Positions 1-14,500 of a DNA stretch of 64,000 nucleotides are shown one piece after another. The stretch is taken from the NCBI GenBank assembly GCA_951406725.2, contig OX597816.1:151714001-151778000 (forward strand), given 5' to 3'. Position 1 is the first letter of the stretch. The number at the start of each line of letters is the position of its first letter. The translations under genes were made by a program, and so were the position numbers. This DNA comes from Octopus vulgaris. Taxonomy: Eukaryota. The notes below the pieces were generated by a model, which made no database searches, was not told where the DNA came from, and was given only the letters and a program-made list of their open reading frames with translations.

Positions 1-160
1 AACTGCCTGTCTGAAAAAAACTGATATATAAATCTGAGGTGCAACTTCTTTCCCTTATACCTAAATAAAACTGCAACAAAGAAGTCAGAACATTACAAAA
101 TAAATCAACCTTTGTCAATATCAAGATAATTGTTATAAATGATATAATAAAAAGGTTTAC

Positions 161-314
161 TTTTTCTAAATCAATATGATTTACAGGAAGATTCTTGCCA
201 ATGAAGACTAGTACAGGTCTTCCAAGCCGATCAACACCTGTTTGATAAAAACACCTCAGGTGCGCAATATTGCTAGTATTTTCATCTTTAGCTTTTTGTA
301 AAAATTTTTCATAC
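161..314 (-). CDS. GDAP2: GDAP2 coding exon 8 (start of CRAL-TRIO/BCH domain)
   Basis: YEKFLQKAKDENTSNIAHLRCFYQTGVDRLGRPVLVFIGKNLPVNHIDLEK; ttttag acceptor, gtaaac donor; phase 2 to 0. Confidence 0.93.
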
Positions 315-3300
315 CTAAAACAATGGAGAAAATGTCATTAGTGTCATAAAACACAGCATTAACATAGAAGAATAAACAAAGCCTATTGCATTATTGAAGC
401 TACAAGTAATTTAAAGGAGTGATTAGGAGGTGGCAAATATCAAGGGAAAATGATGGGGCATTGGGTGTTATTAAGAAGAGTCATATTTTTTTTCTTTCTT
501 AGTAATAAATTGTTTAAACTGGGTTCAATACTTCTATTTTAAATAGACCTCACCCTCAAATCTTCAGAATTAGAATGAATGTGACAGAAATATGAATTAC
601 AATGCATTATGGTCCGATATAATTTCATTATAGAAATCCTTACCTTATAATTATCATAAACATTTAACAAGAAGTTAGGGACACCAATCTACAGAAATAT
701 CTAAAAGGGGGTATATATATACTGGATGGAAAATATCAAGAATGAATCACTGTGCAAATTTAACTTCTGTTTCATCAAAATAATGTTTTTGTTCCCTTCA
801 AACATGCAGGAGGAGCATTTGTAAAATGCCATTCAATGAACAGGATCATTGAACTTACAGAAAGCTGAGAACTGCAGCTAATAGAATAAATTGATTGACT
901 TATTTATATTAACTTAGGTAGGTTTTGGCCATTGTTGTCCTAGATCATGTCTAACAGCACTGCTGTCCCAATACCAATATCTTATAAAATATAGGGTGTT
1001 GGGAGAAGAAGTAGATATTAATGTTTACGATGCCAGCACCGCCTCCACTGGCTTCCGTGCCGGTGGCACATAAAATACACCAATCCGACCGTGGCCGTTG
1101 CCAGCCTCGCCTGGCACCTGTGCAGGTGGCACGTAAAAAGCACCCACTACACTCACGGAGTGGTTGGCGTTAGGAAGGGCATCCAGCTGTAGAAACATTG
1201 CCAGATTAGACTAGAGCCTGGTGCAGCCTTCTGGCTTCCCAGAACCCTGGTCGAATCGTCCAACCCATGCTAGCATAGGGTGTTGGGAGAAGAAGTAGAT
1301 ATTAATGTTTACATGGGGAAAATCCTTCTTAGAAGTTTCTATTTCTTTTTCACAATTACAACATATTGCTCTTTTATATTCCCTAATAATATAAAGCATG
1401 AACATCTCAACTTGTTTTAGAAAGCCTGTGTAGAGTTGCTTGAGCTGTTCTAACAGCTAAATTTCATCTTAAAACACACCTTACTATCCTTTTAATCTGA
1501 GAACTAAACAAGAACAAGGGATATAAAACAAGTCTAAGGGAGGTAGTTCTATCAAATTTCAACTGAAATTAGTAAAAAAAGACATTTTATCATATAGATA
1601 AAGTTAGTTATCTTAGTCTAATTCCAATACAGAATGTTAATAAGATGCAGTGCAAACCCAAAATTTTCTTTTAGATGTTTTGCAAACAATTTTATAACTT
1701 GTAAGAAAAGTTTCATCTAAATATCATACATGTAAAGGTTGCTTTTTGTCTTTAAACTTCCTGAGATTGATAAAATTACTGTAACACTGGTCAGTTGGAT
1801 ATCATCATTCACTTTTCCATGCTTGTATGAGTTAGATGGAGTTTATTGATGCAGATTTTTCTATAACCAGATGCCATTCCTGTCACCAAGCCTCATCTGT
1901 TTGCATGCAAGGTAATATTTCCACATGACCAGACACGTTGTCACAGAACATTGGAAATGAATGATACTGCTTGTATGACAGTGACACTCATTTACAACTA
2001 TCATGCAATGTGTATATATACATACATACAACAGGCTTCTATCAGCTTTCGTCTACCAAATCCACTAACAAAGCTTTTGTTGGCCTGGGGCTATAGTAGA
2101 AGACACTTGTTCAAGGTACCACATGCTGGGACCAAACCTGAAACCATGCTGAAAAGCAAATTTCTTAACCATATAGCCATGTGTGCATCAACATTTTGAA
2201 AATTCGTATAACTGCATACTGTTGCATAAAACCGGTGTTGCAGCTAATTACTTTTTCTACACTTATTCAACTATGACGTAGATGTAGAATTTGTCAGCAG
2301 TGAGAATGACTACTGAAAATTTTTGTCTCCACCCCCATCCTTACTAGTGTTGGCTTGAGCAGAGTCAAAATTAATTTTCTTTTAAGTTCATAACAGGACC
2401 CATTTTTATCTTTCTGAGAGGACTTAGCTTGCTTTGCAAGTTCAGTCATAATACACAGCACCTTCAACAAGTACCTTCTACTAAAGCACCAGGCCCTGTG
2501 AGTGAATTTGGTAGACAGAAACTGTGTGGAATCTTGTCATATATAATCATTATTACTTACTGTTTGCTTTCTAAGCTGACATGGGTTGAATATTTTGACA
2601 GGAACTGGCAAACCACAAGATTGTGCCAAGCTTTACTGTCTACTTTGGCATGGTTTCTAGAGCTTGATGCCCTTCCTAATGCCAACCACTTTACAGAGTG
2701 TATTAGGTACTTTTTATGTGGTACCATCACAACTGAGGTCACCAGATCCCTTGCAAGACAAGACCTCCCCAACTGAGTGGAGAGAGTAGTAGTAATGACT
2801 GAAGTGGCTTTGTGCTAGATGAGAGATTAGAGGGATAGAAATTGATGTCTTGCAGTAGAGTGGATGTATGGCTACTCCACTTAGAAAAGGAAGAGAGAGA
2901 GAGAGAGAGAGAGATGGTGAAGATGTGTCAGGGCATACCCTCAAGTTACAGGGAGTACTATACAGGTGAAATGGTACAGATGATAGGTTAGAGTTAGTGG
3001 GCAGGTAACTTTGCAAGAGTGCACAAGGATAGTGGGAGACGGAGGGGAGAAGAATGCAGTGAGTAAACATAGGTGGAAAGCACTGAGGTTGGTTTGTTTG
3101 ACTAAAACCCTCCAAGGCAGTGTCCCAGCATGATCACAGTCCAATGATTGAAACAAACAAAAGATAAAAAGACAATTTCTAAAAGAAAAACAAAATGTCA
3201 AAAGGCAAAATAAAAGAAAAAATAGTTCAAACTCACTGTTTGACTTTCTCCTTTTCTCTTTGTTCTACAGAAGGTTTGCACTGCAGTGAGGTCAGTCGTT

Positions 3301-6300
3301 CTTTATCTTTATCCTCCTTCATTTGTGCAAAAGGATGTCGTCCAACTTCAGGGCCATCAGGTGATCGAAATTCTTGATTAAGATCTATAGTTTCATCAAA
3401 CTCTTTACCTTGTGTTTCTGGAAATGGAGAAATGGTTTTGAGATTCAAAGCAGTCAAAGAAACAAAAATCAAAAAATTGGAAATTCATTTTCATTGCTTA
3501 ACTTTCTTATCATAGAAAGGAAAGTTACATTAATGGAGTTAAATCAACTAGAAAAGACGGTAATGATGCTTTACAATGTTACCTGCAACAACTTATGTGC
3601 TACTTCTTTAAAGAATCTGTAGAAAACAAGCCAAAAATGGAACCCAATAGGTGGTGGCTTGACTTGCTAGAAATAATAACCAAGTATTTCTAAAATTATA
3701 TCTTCAAGAACAAATAAAATAAAGACATTAAATAATATGGTCTTAAGTAACTATCTTTGAAAATAAGTTGGAATACCTTTGAAAGGTACACAACTCTGAC
3801 TTTACTTATAATTTCTAATTTAGGTACAACGGATAGGGCGAATCGATTACACTGACCTCGGTACTTGACTGGTACTTTATTTTACTCACTTCGAAAAGTT
3901 GAAAAGCAAAGTTGACTATAGTGACTATAACTGGTGGCAATAGTCCTTTGGGGATTGACTATTTTAGAACACAAAGAGCTAAAGTAAATATAACAAGGTA
4001 TTTTATTCCAAAGTTTTAACAATTTCGCCAGCTTGTTGCACTTCAGTATTAATAATTCTGTTCCTACTTCATGATTGTGTGTTTAGAAAAAAAAGCATCC
4101 ACGTGGCAAATGTTTGCTATAGTAAAACCCATTCCAACCATGCTAGCAGGTAAAAAACAACAATAAAAAAATAAAAAAAAACATGTGGTAGATGTCAGAA
4201 TCCAGAGATACCTCATGGGAGTTGGTAATGTGCTTTTATATTCTGAATTCAAATCCTGCCCAGATTGACTTAGCTTCCATCCTGTTATAATCGATAAAAT
4301 AATTGCTGATGAAGTATAGAATCAATAAAATCAACTATACCCTTGAAAGTGATGCCCCAGCATGGGCACGGTTCAATGACAAACTGGGAATATATTAAAA
4401 GAAACCCCACAAAAGAGATTACACTTCTATTTACTAGACAACTAGATACATTTCCATAAGAGCTCAATGAAAGAAGCAACACAGACAAAGAAAGTACTTA
4501 CTTAAAGCAGCAAATGCTGGCTTGTCTATAATTCGAATTTTCCGCTCAGGTATTACAGGTTCTCCCTCCTCATTTCCAATATTTTCAGGTAAATAATTCC
4601 TGGCTTCCATTTCTTCTTTCCAGTTTCGTGGGAAATACAATGGCATGAGTTGCTGGTAAACTTCCTAGAGAAATAAAAGAAAACAAAAAGGTTACAATTT
4701 CAAACCTTATTACAGGCATTATGTTTCTAAGAAAGACAAACATAACTCTACTAACTTCAGTTATCCAGATGAATATGGATAAAATACAATTAATATCTTA
4801 GTTTTTATCCATTTAGATTCTGGGAAAGGATTACTTTTGTTTTGTTGCAGTTACTGGTGGTGGTTAAACCCTGATCAAGCAGAGTAATAATCACAAGCAT
4901 TCCAGCCATAGCCATCTCATCCTTTTAAAGTCTACACTATTCAATGTGTTATTTCCCTATTTAAAACAGCAAGGTGTGATTTGAGTGAGATTTGGCTGTA
5001 ATCTCAAGCAGGTCAAGCTGTTGGTTGAGTTGATAGTAAGTTGATATATTTATATCTCTTCACCTCTTAGCAATGAATAATTCAGACTCCATGACTCAGT
5101 TAACTTGAATGGCTACCGTGAATTGGTACAGCTTCCTGCTGCAAAAAGTGAGAGCAATTGTATGAGTAATGATTCTGTAATTAACTTGATATGCTGAGTT
5201 CAAGTCCTTCTTTGAGCAGGCAATGAGAAACCACCCATGTATTTTGGTCAAAATATCTAGAAATTAGCAAGATTACCAAGTATAGATTCTTAATGATACA
5301 AAATGGTAGAAATCAACAATAACAAAAGAAAATTATAATCCTTTCTACTATAAGCACAAAACCTGAAATTTGTAGGGAAAGGGTAGTCAATTACATTAAA
5401 ACCAATGCTCAACTGGTACTTATTTCATTCACCCCGAAAAGATAAAAGGCAAAATTGACCACAGCTGAATTTGAACTGAAAACTTAAAACTGGAAGAAAT
5501 GTTGCTGAGCATTTTGTCTGGCAGGGTAATGATCCTGTCAGCTTGCCACCTTAAAAATAATAATTACTGGAATGCATCAGTTATATTTCTAAGGTATTTT
5601 TAAATAGCTGAGAGGCATCTCATCACTAAACTTATGGTTTATAATGAAGGACTACATTACAACAGAAGTACAGCTGTGGATATATTTAATTGCAAATAGT
5701 TAATTGTAAAATCCTATTTACAATTAAGCAAATTTCCATTTCTGATGAGTAAGTTAAAAAAAAAATCTAACAATTTTGCAACAACGGCAAATGACTAAAA
5801 CCAAATCTGACGCCAAGATTGTCAAAATAGGAAATATTACTATATCTATGTGGGCTGTAAAAAGCTTAAAATTGATCAGCATCCATAACTTATTGAAATC
5901 TGTATAGATGAGATTGTAAACTATAATATTTTCAGTCTTATAAATAAAATATGAAGTAACAATAGTCAATAGTCACTGAATGAAAGCCACTGAATGTAGT
6001 GTGGTGTGAAGGTAAAGATTGTTTACAATCAATTGGATTGACTAAGATTGATATTTGTTTCATTAATCCTGATGAATAAAGAAGCTGAGCCCAAAGAAGA
6101 TCAAAAGAAAATGTTTGCCCTAAATGTATTGGATCAGATTGGAGCCTGGTGCTGCCTACTGGCTTTCCAGTCCTCTGTCAAACCGTCCAATGCATGCTAG
6201 CATAGAAAGTGGACATTAAATGATGATGATGAAGATGATGTAGAAGCTATAATGCATGCTCTTAGCATTATTAGTATGGTCCCTCTCTGAAAGGGACTTG

Positions 6301-8516
6301 AGCAGTCTCTCACTTGGGGTGTATTAATGTTAAAGATAAGACTAGATAAGCTTTTAGTATTTGAAATGGAAGGTCTAGAGAATTCAAGAGTTCAAATAAT
6401 TTTATCTAAATTGAGAATCACATTTCTTGCCTGTTACTCCTGTTTACTCTTTGATATAGGATTTCATCTAAGTGGATCTCCTTGAATAACTACTCGGTAT
6501 GGATGCACTAAATGTGCAAACTTATAGTCATAAGTGTTCCAGCTGTGCCTCTCCGGTCTTGTTTTGAGGTGTAGTGAATAAAAGACTATATTATTCAATG
6601 CATTTTCCTTTGAAAAATAGTAGAGGGTAATCTGAGCGAGATTTGGTAGCTATTTCTAGCAGTTTAAAACTACACAGAAGCTTCCTTTACTTATGTAGAT
6701 CTATTTATTACACACTGTCAGTAGATTCACACTTTAATGGATTAAAAGATGAGCAATTAATAGCTTAGCTGAATGTTTACTGTCAGAGTACATTCAATTT
6801 TACTATTTTGCCCTTGTGACTGGCCAAACACTACACTCTCAATAATAACACAAAAATAAAAACAATAAAGACCTTACCATCACTTCCTCATCTGCTGTAA
6901 CAAATATAATTGTTTCAAAGTTACTGCCAAATTTCTCTAAGAATCTACGTACTGTTCCTGGAGAAAGATAAAAGATAAAGAAAAATGAATTGGAGGAAGG
7001 TGAGCAGTTGAGTTGGAAATAGGTATAGAAAGTTACATTCCATTGTATTGGTATATAATACAAACACACATCTATGTATGTATGAGACAACTTACTGAGG
7101 GCTGCAGACCAGTTCTGTGGTTTATGCAAGATTCTAGCCAGAGTGACATGATAGCAGGGTAGTAGTGAAGCAAGAATCAGGAAAAGCAGGATGCAGGTTA
7201 CAAAGAGAGCAGTAAGAAACAATATCAAATAAGTAGGTGAGAAGGAAACGGAGAAATAAGAAGATCAGAGTGTGGTGTTCTGGACAAAGTACAAGAAAAA
7301 ATTGAAACATTAGGAAGAAGTGTCTACAAAATGAAGATGGCACATTTGTCCTTATTATCACTGAAAAGAAAGAGATATGAAAATTCTTTGATTTGACGTA
7401 GTTGAAAAAGGTGGAAGTATAGAAGAGAGATGACCTACATCAAGTAAGCCAAACAAAGAAATCAGACAATGCAGTTGACAGCCATGTGGTTGAAAGCATA
7501 ACGACAAGAAATGCCCTTCCTAAGACCAATCATTTTACAGATTGTACTGGGTATATTTTACCATGGAACCAAGATTAAAAAAGTTGTCGTGATTAAAAGG
7601 TCTGCTTGACCCTACATTGTCTCTGCTCATTCAGTCATTTTACGGAGTGTATTGTGTGTATTTTAACATGGCACACGCACTAGTAATATTGCCTTGTACC
7701 CCACCAAGACAAAAGAAAATCTTTATCACTGTATGTTGATTCCATTTGAGGTACTGCAGCCACCAATAAAGTAGATAGAGCAGAGGATGTGAGAAGACAG
7801 AGTGATTGGGATGACAGTATGGAAGGAAGAAGAAATAGGAGTGACTATTCTAGACTTGATGAAGAAGGACAGTAACGACAGAGAAACAGTGAAGGCAGGG
7901 ACATAGTAAACGACGATGTAATGAGAGAGAATAATTGCAGTGTGTGGAGGAGAAAGAGAGAGGGAGCAAAGGATGAGTAGTTGTAAACTAGAGTAATATT
8001 AGTTGGTAAGAGAGAGTAAAAGAGAGTGAATGACGAATAGTGAGATGGCATCTTAAGAGATTATCAGATGTCAATAAAGGGGCGATCTGATTTACTATTA
8101 ATCATAGATTCATGAGATCAAACTATACTATATATCAAGCTATGTTACTGCAGTGTATGACCTATTACAAGATACAAAACATAGCTTGTTTCAGCCTGCA
8201 CAATTACCAACAGACTCCTTTTTAATTTGTAGTTAGGAGGTTTGCAATATGAAACCATACAGCTGTAAAAAAAAAAACTTATTACACTTATATACAATGT
8301 TAAAAAATTACATTTAAAAACAGTCATCTGGTCATGGCATGAGGAAAAAAAAGTAAAAGGAAAATGCGAGAATACTCACTGATGGCTAAATGTGCACCAT
8401 CTATAAGGGGATATCCTCGCTGTGATGAGTGGATTGGACAAATACCCACAGACTGGATATTGTGTTCCCTGTAGAATAACATAGGAAATGTAATATAAAT
8501 TTTCTCCTTCTCTGTG

Positions 8517-8547
<31 letters not shown>

Positions 8548-11500
8548 TTATATATAGAGTGCAATGTTATAAGACATTTGTAACACGAGTGAAATGATAC
8601 CAAATAAACTGGAGTAAAAGGGAATTTTACTTATTATGAGTCAACAACTATGAGCATGCTCCATTGGATGAGCAGTGTAGGTGTGCATGAGTGTCACAGT
8701 GTAGATGTGCTGAGAGAAGGACTGGACATAGGAGGAGTTGGATGTGGTATTCAGGAGGGAAGACTGTGCCAGTACAGATGTATGATGTATGATAACAGCT
8801 GTATAAAGTGCCGATCACTAAACATGGCTGGAGCTTGTGGATGAAGAAGTTCCAGGAAGACATGAAATGGTAAAGGTTGATCTCAGGACCTGGGCCTCAC
8901 TGAGGAAATGACCAGGGAACAAGATCTCAGGTGATACAAAGTTCTCATGAAAACCTGCCCACCAGGACTAAATTGACTTCTGGAAGCTCTGCTCAATATC
9001 ATCATCATTTAATGTCTGCTTTCCATGCTGGTATGGGTTGGACGGTTTGACTGAAAACTGGTAAGCAGGGGGCTGCACCTCCATATAATACAGTATAATG
9101 CATGCACTGCAGTCAATTCTCACAGAGCTTAAAGGCATCCTGCACTCATTGTGTATGGATGAGGACCTGCCCACTTTTCCCACCAATCACCTTTCTGTGC
9201 CTTACTCTATCCTTAACACATCTATTATCCTGCTATCACCCCTCAGTGCCCTCACATATCTACTGTAATCCCACTGAGCTACTCCCATATTTCTCAACAT
9301 CACTTGCTACAATAACCTCTATCTCATCTCCAGTCATCTCTCCTCACACTCTTATGAAAACATCGCTCTTCTATATCCCCTTCCCACTCTATCCAATCTA
9401 CTACACTAATATTCACCTCCACTGTACCTTGTGAATATATCCCAACATCACCACAACCAGCTCTCTCACTTTTTCCCTTTCCTTTTTCAACTGGGGTAGC
9501 CAAGTATTTCCTCTGCAGTGAGACATCTATCTTTATCCCTCTGTTATATTTTATCCACTCATCAACAGGTACAAATCCACCTCCCTCAATACTGTTCCCT
9601 CTTCCAGTTGAAGACTCTTTGTTTTGCAATTTACTTGGTGACCTTGCCAGTGCTGGAGCCATGTAAAATGTGCTGGTGCTACATGAAAAGCACCCAATGC
9701 ACTCTGTAAAGTGATTGGTGTTAGGAGGGGCATCCAGTTATGCCAAAACAGACAATGAAACTTGGTGCAGCCCTCTGGCTTGACAGCTCCATCAAACCAT
9801 CCAACCCATGCCAGCAGGCATTGGTTGAATGGATGTTAAATGATGAGGATGATATATATAATTGTTGTTGATATCTATGTATCTATATGTACTATAATTA
9901 TGCCCATCATATGCACTCAGGAATGAATTAGTAGATTAGTAGCATGTACAGTAGTGTAGCTAATTTCAGGGATTTAGGGTACTCTTGTAGTTGCAAGCAT
10001 ATATAGATACACCTGCCCTTCCACTCTTGACTCAACAGAACATCCAGGTTGTCAGAACTGGAAGGGGAGAAGGTTGCACTAGTTCTAGACAAGTACTTTA
10101 TTTATCAACATCAAAAGAATGATAGGTGAAGTTGACTTTGATGAGGTTTGAACTCAGAGCACAGAGAATTGGAGATAGTTTCTTAGCATTTATGGTTCTT
10201 TAATGCTTCAAAAGAGGCATGCAATATGGCTGTAGAAGTGGGAATGGGTAGGTGTTACCATAGATTTGTGGGTTTGTCTGGAGTGTATGAATTTCTAGAA
10301 GTAGAGTGAGGAGCTTACAGTAGGCTGGCTAATTGGAGAATACATGCACACACAGACCCTGATGGGCTCCAGTACATTTTCCTTCCACCATTTCTACTGG
10401 ATAATAGTTGGATTTGTCAAACTTTTGCTGGTGCCTAGACATCAAAACTTCACTAGTTTCTCATCTACCATCAAAACTGCATTGTACTCTTGGTAAATGT
10501 GTTTAACTTGCATTGGCCCAGTAAATTTATAGTTATATAACTACTACATTAGTTATAAATACCAAATATTTCATTAGTCTGTAGTGCTAAGCTCAGATTG
10601 TGCATGGTGGGGGGAAACCACTCCCACAAAATTTTGCTAAAATTACTAATTAACATACTGAAGTGCTAGAAAACCATTGTTTGACAACCTATATTCAATA
10701 TCCTCAAACTCACATAAATTTTATGATAATATGTTCTAGTCTGATTTGATGCATTTAATTGCAGTCCACTTCATCATCATCATCGTTTAACGTCTGTTTT
10801 CCATGCTGGCATGGGTTGGACGGTTCGACTAGGGTCTGGGAAGTTAGGAGGCTGCACCAGGCCCCAATCTGATCTGGAAGTGTTTCTACAGCTGGATGCC
10901 CTTCCTAACGCCTACTACTCCAAGAGTGTAGTCGGTGCTTTTTACGTGTCACTGGCACAGAGGCCAAGAGAGCTGTCATCAACCATAATCAGATAGTGCT
11001 TTTTATGTACCACCGGCATGGAAGCCAGTCAAGGCGGCATTGGCATTGGCCACGTTTGGATGGTGCTTTTTATGTGCCACCGGCACAGGGGTCACAACTA
11101 CAATTTTCATTTGATTTTGATGTTAATGTACTTGACTTAATAGGTCTCCTCAAGCACAGCATGTCGCCCGACGATCCAAGGTACTTTTGAATGGGCTGGT
11201 TATGTGACACTGGTGTAGGTTACAGCCGTGAACTCACTTTATTTGCCAGGTCTTCTCAGTCACAACATACCTCCAGAGGCCTTGGTCTTTTGTCATTGCC
11301 TCTGAGGCCCAATGTTTGATGATCATGCTTCACCACCTCATCACATATCTTCCTGACTCTCCATCTACCCCAGATTCCTTCCACTGTTTGGGAGTGACAC
11401 TTCTTCACCCAGCTCTCCTCATCCATTTACAGTACATTACCATAGCAATGCAAATGTCTCTCTTGCATGCCACATCTGATGCTTCTCATGTCTAACATTT

Positions 11501-14500
11501 CTCTTAGTGCACTTACACTGTTGTGTGTGCACACTGACATTACACATCCAGTGGATTATGCTAGATTCATTTCTTTCGAGTCTATGCAAGTCTTCAGCAG
11601 TCATGGCCCATATTTCACAGCCATGAAGCATGGCAATTCGCACACATGCATCATACAATCTACCTTTCACTCTGAGCGAGAGGCCCTTTGTCACCAGTAG
11701 GGGTAGAAGCTTTCTGAACTTTGCCCAGGCTATTCTTATTCTAGTAGTAACACTTTCTGAGCATCCATTCATTTGCTTTAAATAATAACCAAATCTTCCT
11801 CAAACCATATCCTGCAATCTTAAAAAGTAATGATCCGTTGGGTAACCTTGTCTGAGATACACTAGTTACACAAGTAAAAAAAAAAAAGAAAAGATGATTA
11901 TAGCTCGGACACTTCATGATGCATGTCATTTTTATATTTAATGAGTTTGACAATAGTAGGGGAAGGATTATTATTTTTACCACCTTCTTAATGAGGAAGA
12001 TATGAATAACTATGAGGATATTGTGGTTAATATTAATTTTGAATATTTTACAGATATTTTACAGTAATGAAAACAGAAACAGTTCCTATGGGTTACAGTT
12101 CCAAGGAGGAAAAGCTGAAGCTAAGTCCTAAGTATACAGTCTTGGATGATGAGAGAGCATATGATAGAAGAGAAAAAAAAGAGCCAGGTAATGTTGTGAG
12201 CAGCATAAAGTGAGGTGTAACTGACATGTGTTTCACTGATACTTACAAAGCAACTTGAAGTACATTCCGGTAAGAGTTATACAGAGCGCTTTCAGCGGCA
12301 GTGGTATATTTGACATTATAGCGGGGGCCAACAGTATGTATGACATACCGTGACAACAACTTATGTCCTTTTGACAGACGTGCCTCACCAGTTTTGAAAC
12401 CTGAAAACAGAAATCATTATTATTAAAGTTTTGTATTGAAACAAAAACAAAACAAAAACAACAATAATAATAATCCTTTCTATGAAAGACATAAGGTCTG
12501 AGACTTTTGGAGAGAGGGGATCATCATCATCATCATCATCGTTTAACGTCCGCTTTATATGCTAGCATGGGTTGGACGGTTCAACTGGGATCTGGCTGCA
12601 CCAGGCCCAGTCTGATCTGGTAGTGTTTCTACAGCTGGATGCCCTTCCTAACGCCAACCACTCCGTGAGTGTAGTGGGTGCTTTTTACATGCCACCGGCA
12701 CAGGTGCCAGACGAGGTTGGCAAACGGCCACGATCGGATGGTGCTTTTTACGTGCCACCGGCATGGATCAGTTGATTATATTGACCCCAACTGTGTAACT
12801 GGTACTTAGTTCATTGACCCCCCCCCAAAAAAAAGGATGAAGGGCAAAGTCAACCTTGGCAGAATTTGAACTCAGAACATAAAGACAGATGAAATGCCGC
12901 TAAGCATTTTACCCAGGGTGCTAACGCTTCTGCCAGCTTGCTGCTTTAATAATAATCCTTTCTACTATAGACACAAGGCCTGACATTTTTGCGGGGAGGG
13001 GACTAGTCGATTACATCGACCCCAGTGTTTAACTGATACTTAATTTATCAAGCCTGAAAGGATGAACGGCAAAGTCGACCTTGGTAGAATTTAAACTCAG
13101 AGCATAGCGATGGGTGAGATACTGCTAAGTATTTCATCCGATGTGCTTATTATTCTGCCAGCTCACTGCCTTATTAATAATAACAATAATCCTTTCTACT
13201 AAAAGAACAAGGCCTGAAATTTAGGGGTGTGGGGGCATACTAGTCAATTACATTGACCACCAGTGTTTCACTGGTACTTAATTCATCGACCCCCGAAAGG
13301 ATGAAAGACAAAGTCGACCTTGGCAGAATTTAAATACTGCTAATGAAAGGCGAAGCCAACCTTGGCAGGATTTGAACTCAAAACATATCATCATCATCAT
13401 CATCGTTTAACATCTGTTTTCCATGCTAGCATGGGTTGGACAGTTTGACCGGGGTCTGGGAAGCCAGGAGGCCACACCAGGACCAATCTGATCTGGCAGT
13501 GTTTCTACAGCTGGATGCCCTTCCTAACGCCAACCACTCCATGAGTGTAGTGGATGTTTTTTACATGCCACCGGCACAGGTGCCAGGGGAGGCTGGCAAC
13601 AGCTACGACTGGATGGTGCTTTTTACATGCCACCGGCACGGGTAACACAACTACAATTTCCATTTGATTTTTATTTTGATGTTGATGTACTTGACTCAAT
13701 AGGTCTCCCTATAATCCAAGGTAAGCATAGCAGGCTGTCTTGCGATCCAAGGTACTTTGGATGGGCTGGGGCTGCTATGTGAAGCTGGTGCATGTAACAG
13801 CTATGAACTCACTTCATTTGTCGGGTCTTCGCAGTCACAGCATATCTCCAGAGATCTCGGTCTTTCGTCATTGCCTCTGTGAGGCCCAACGTTCGTAGGT
13901 CATGCTTGACCACCTCATTCCACGTCTACCTCTACCCTGGATTCCTTCAACTGTTTGGGAGTGGCACTTCTTCACACATCTCCCCTCAGAAATGGAAAAA
14001 AAATGCTGCTAAGCATTTTGTCTCACTAATGATTCTGACAATGCACCACATTAATAATAACTTGGGCACAAAGCCATCAATTTTATGGGAGAGGTATGTT
14101 GATTACATTGACCCTAGTTCTCAACTGGTACTTATTTAGTTCTCAACTGGTACTTATTTAATCTATCCCAAAATGATGAAAGGTAAAATTGACCCTGAGA
14201 GGATTTGAACTCAGAGCTTAAAGAGTTGGAAGAAATGCCACTAAATATTTTGTCTGATATTCTAGCAATTCTGACACAAAGAGTAAACATTCTCAAAAGA
14301 GTCAAAGTGATAAATGGTGATTTTGTAATCTTATTTTGCTGTTGAGGAAAGAATGATTGTTACAATCTCATTTCCATTTATATACCACTGGAACAAGCAA
14401 TTGGCTCTACATTTGGATATTTGTTCTGTTATGATCTGATGGTCAGATATGATGGTCATTGTTTGCATACCTTTGGCCATCGGCCTACCAGATCAACACT

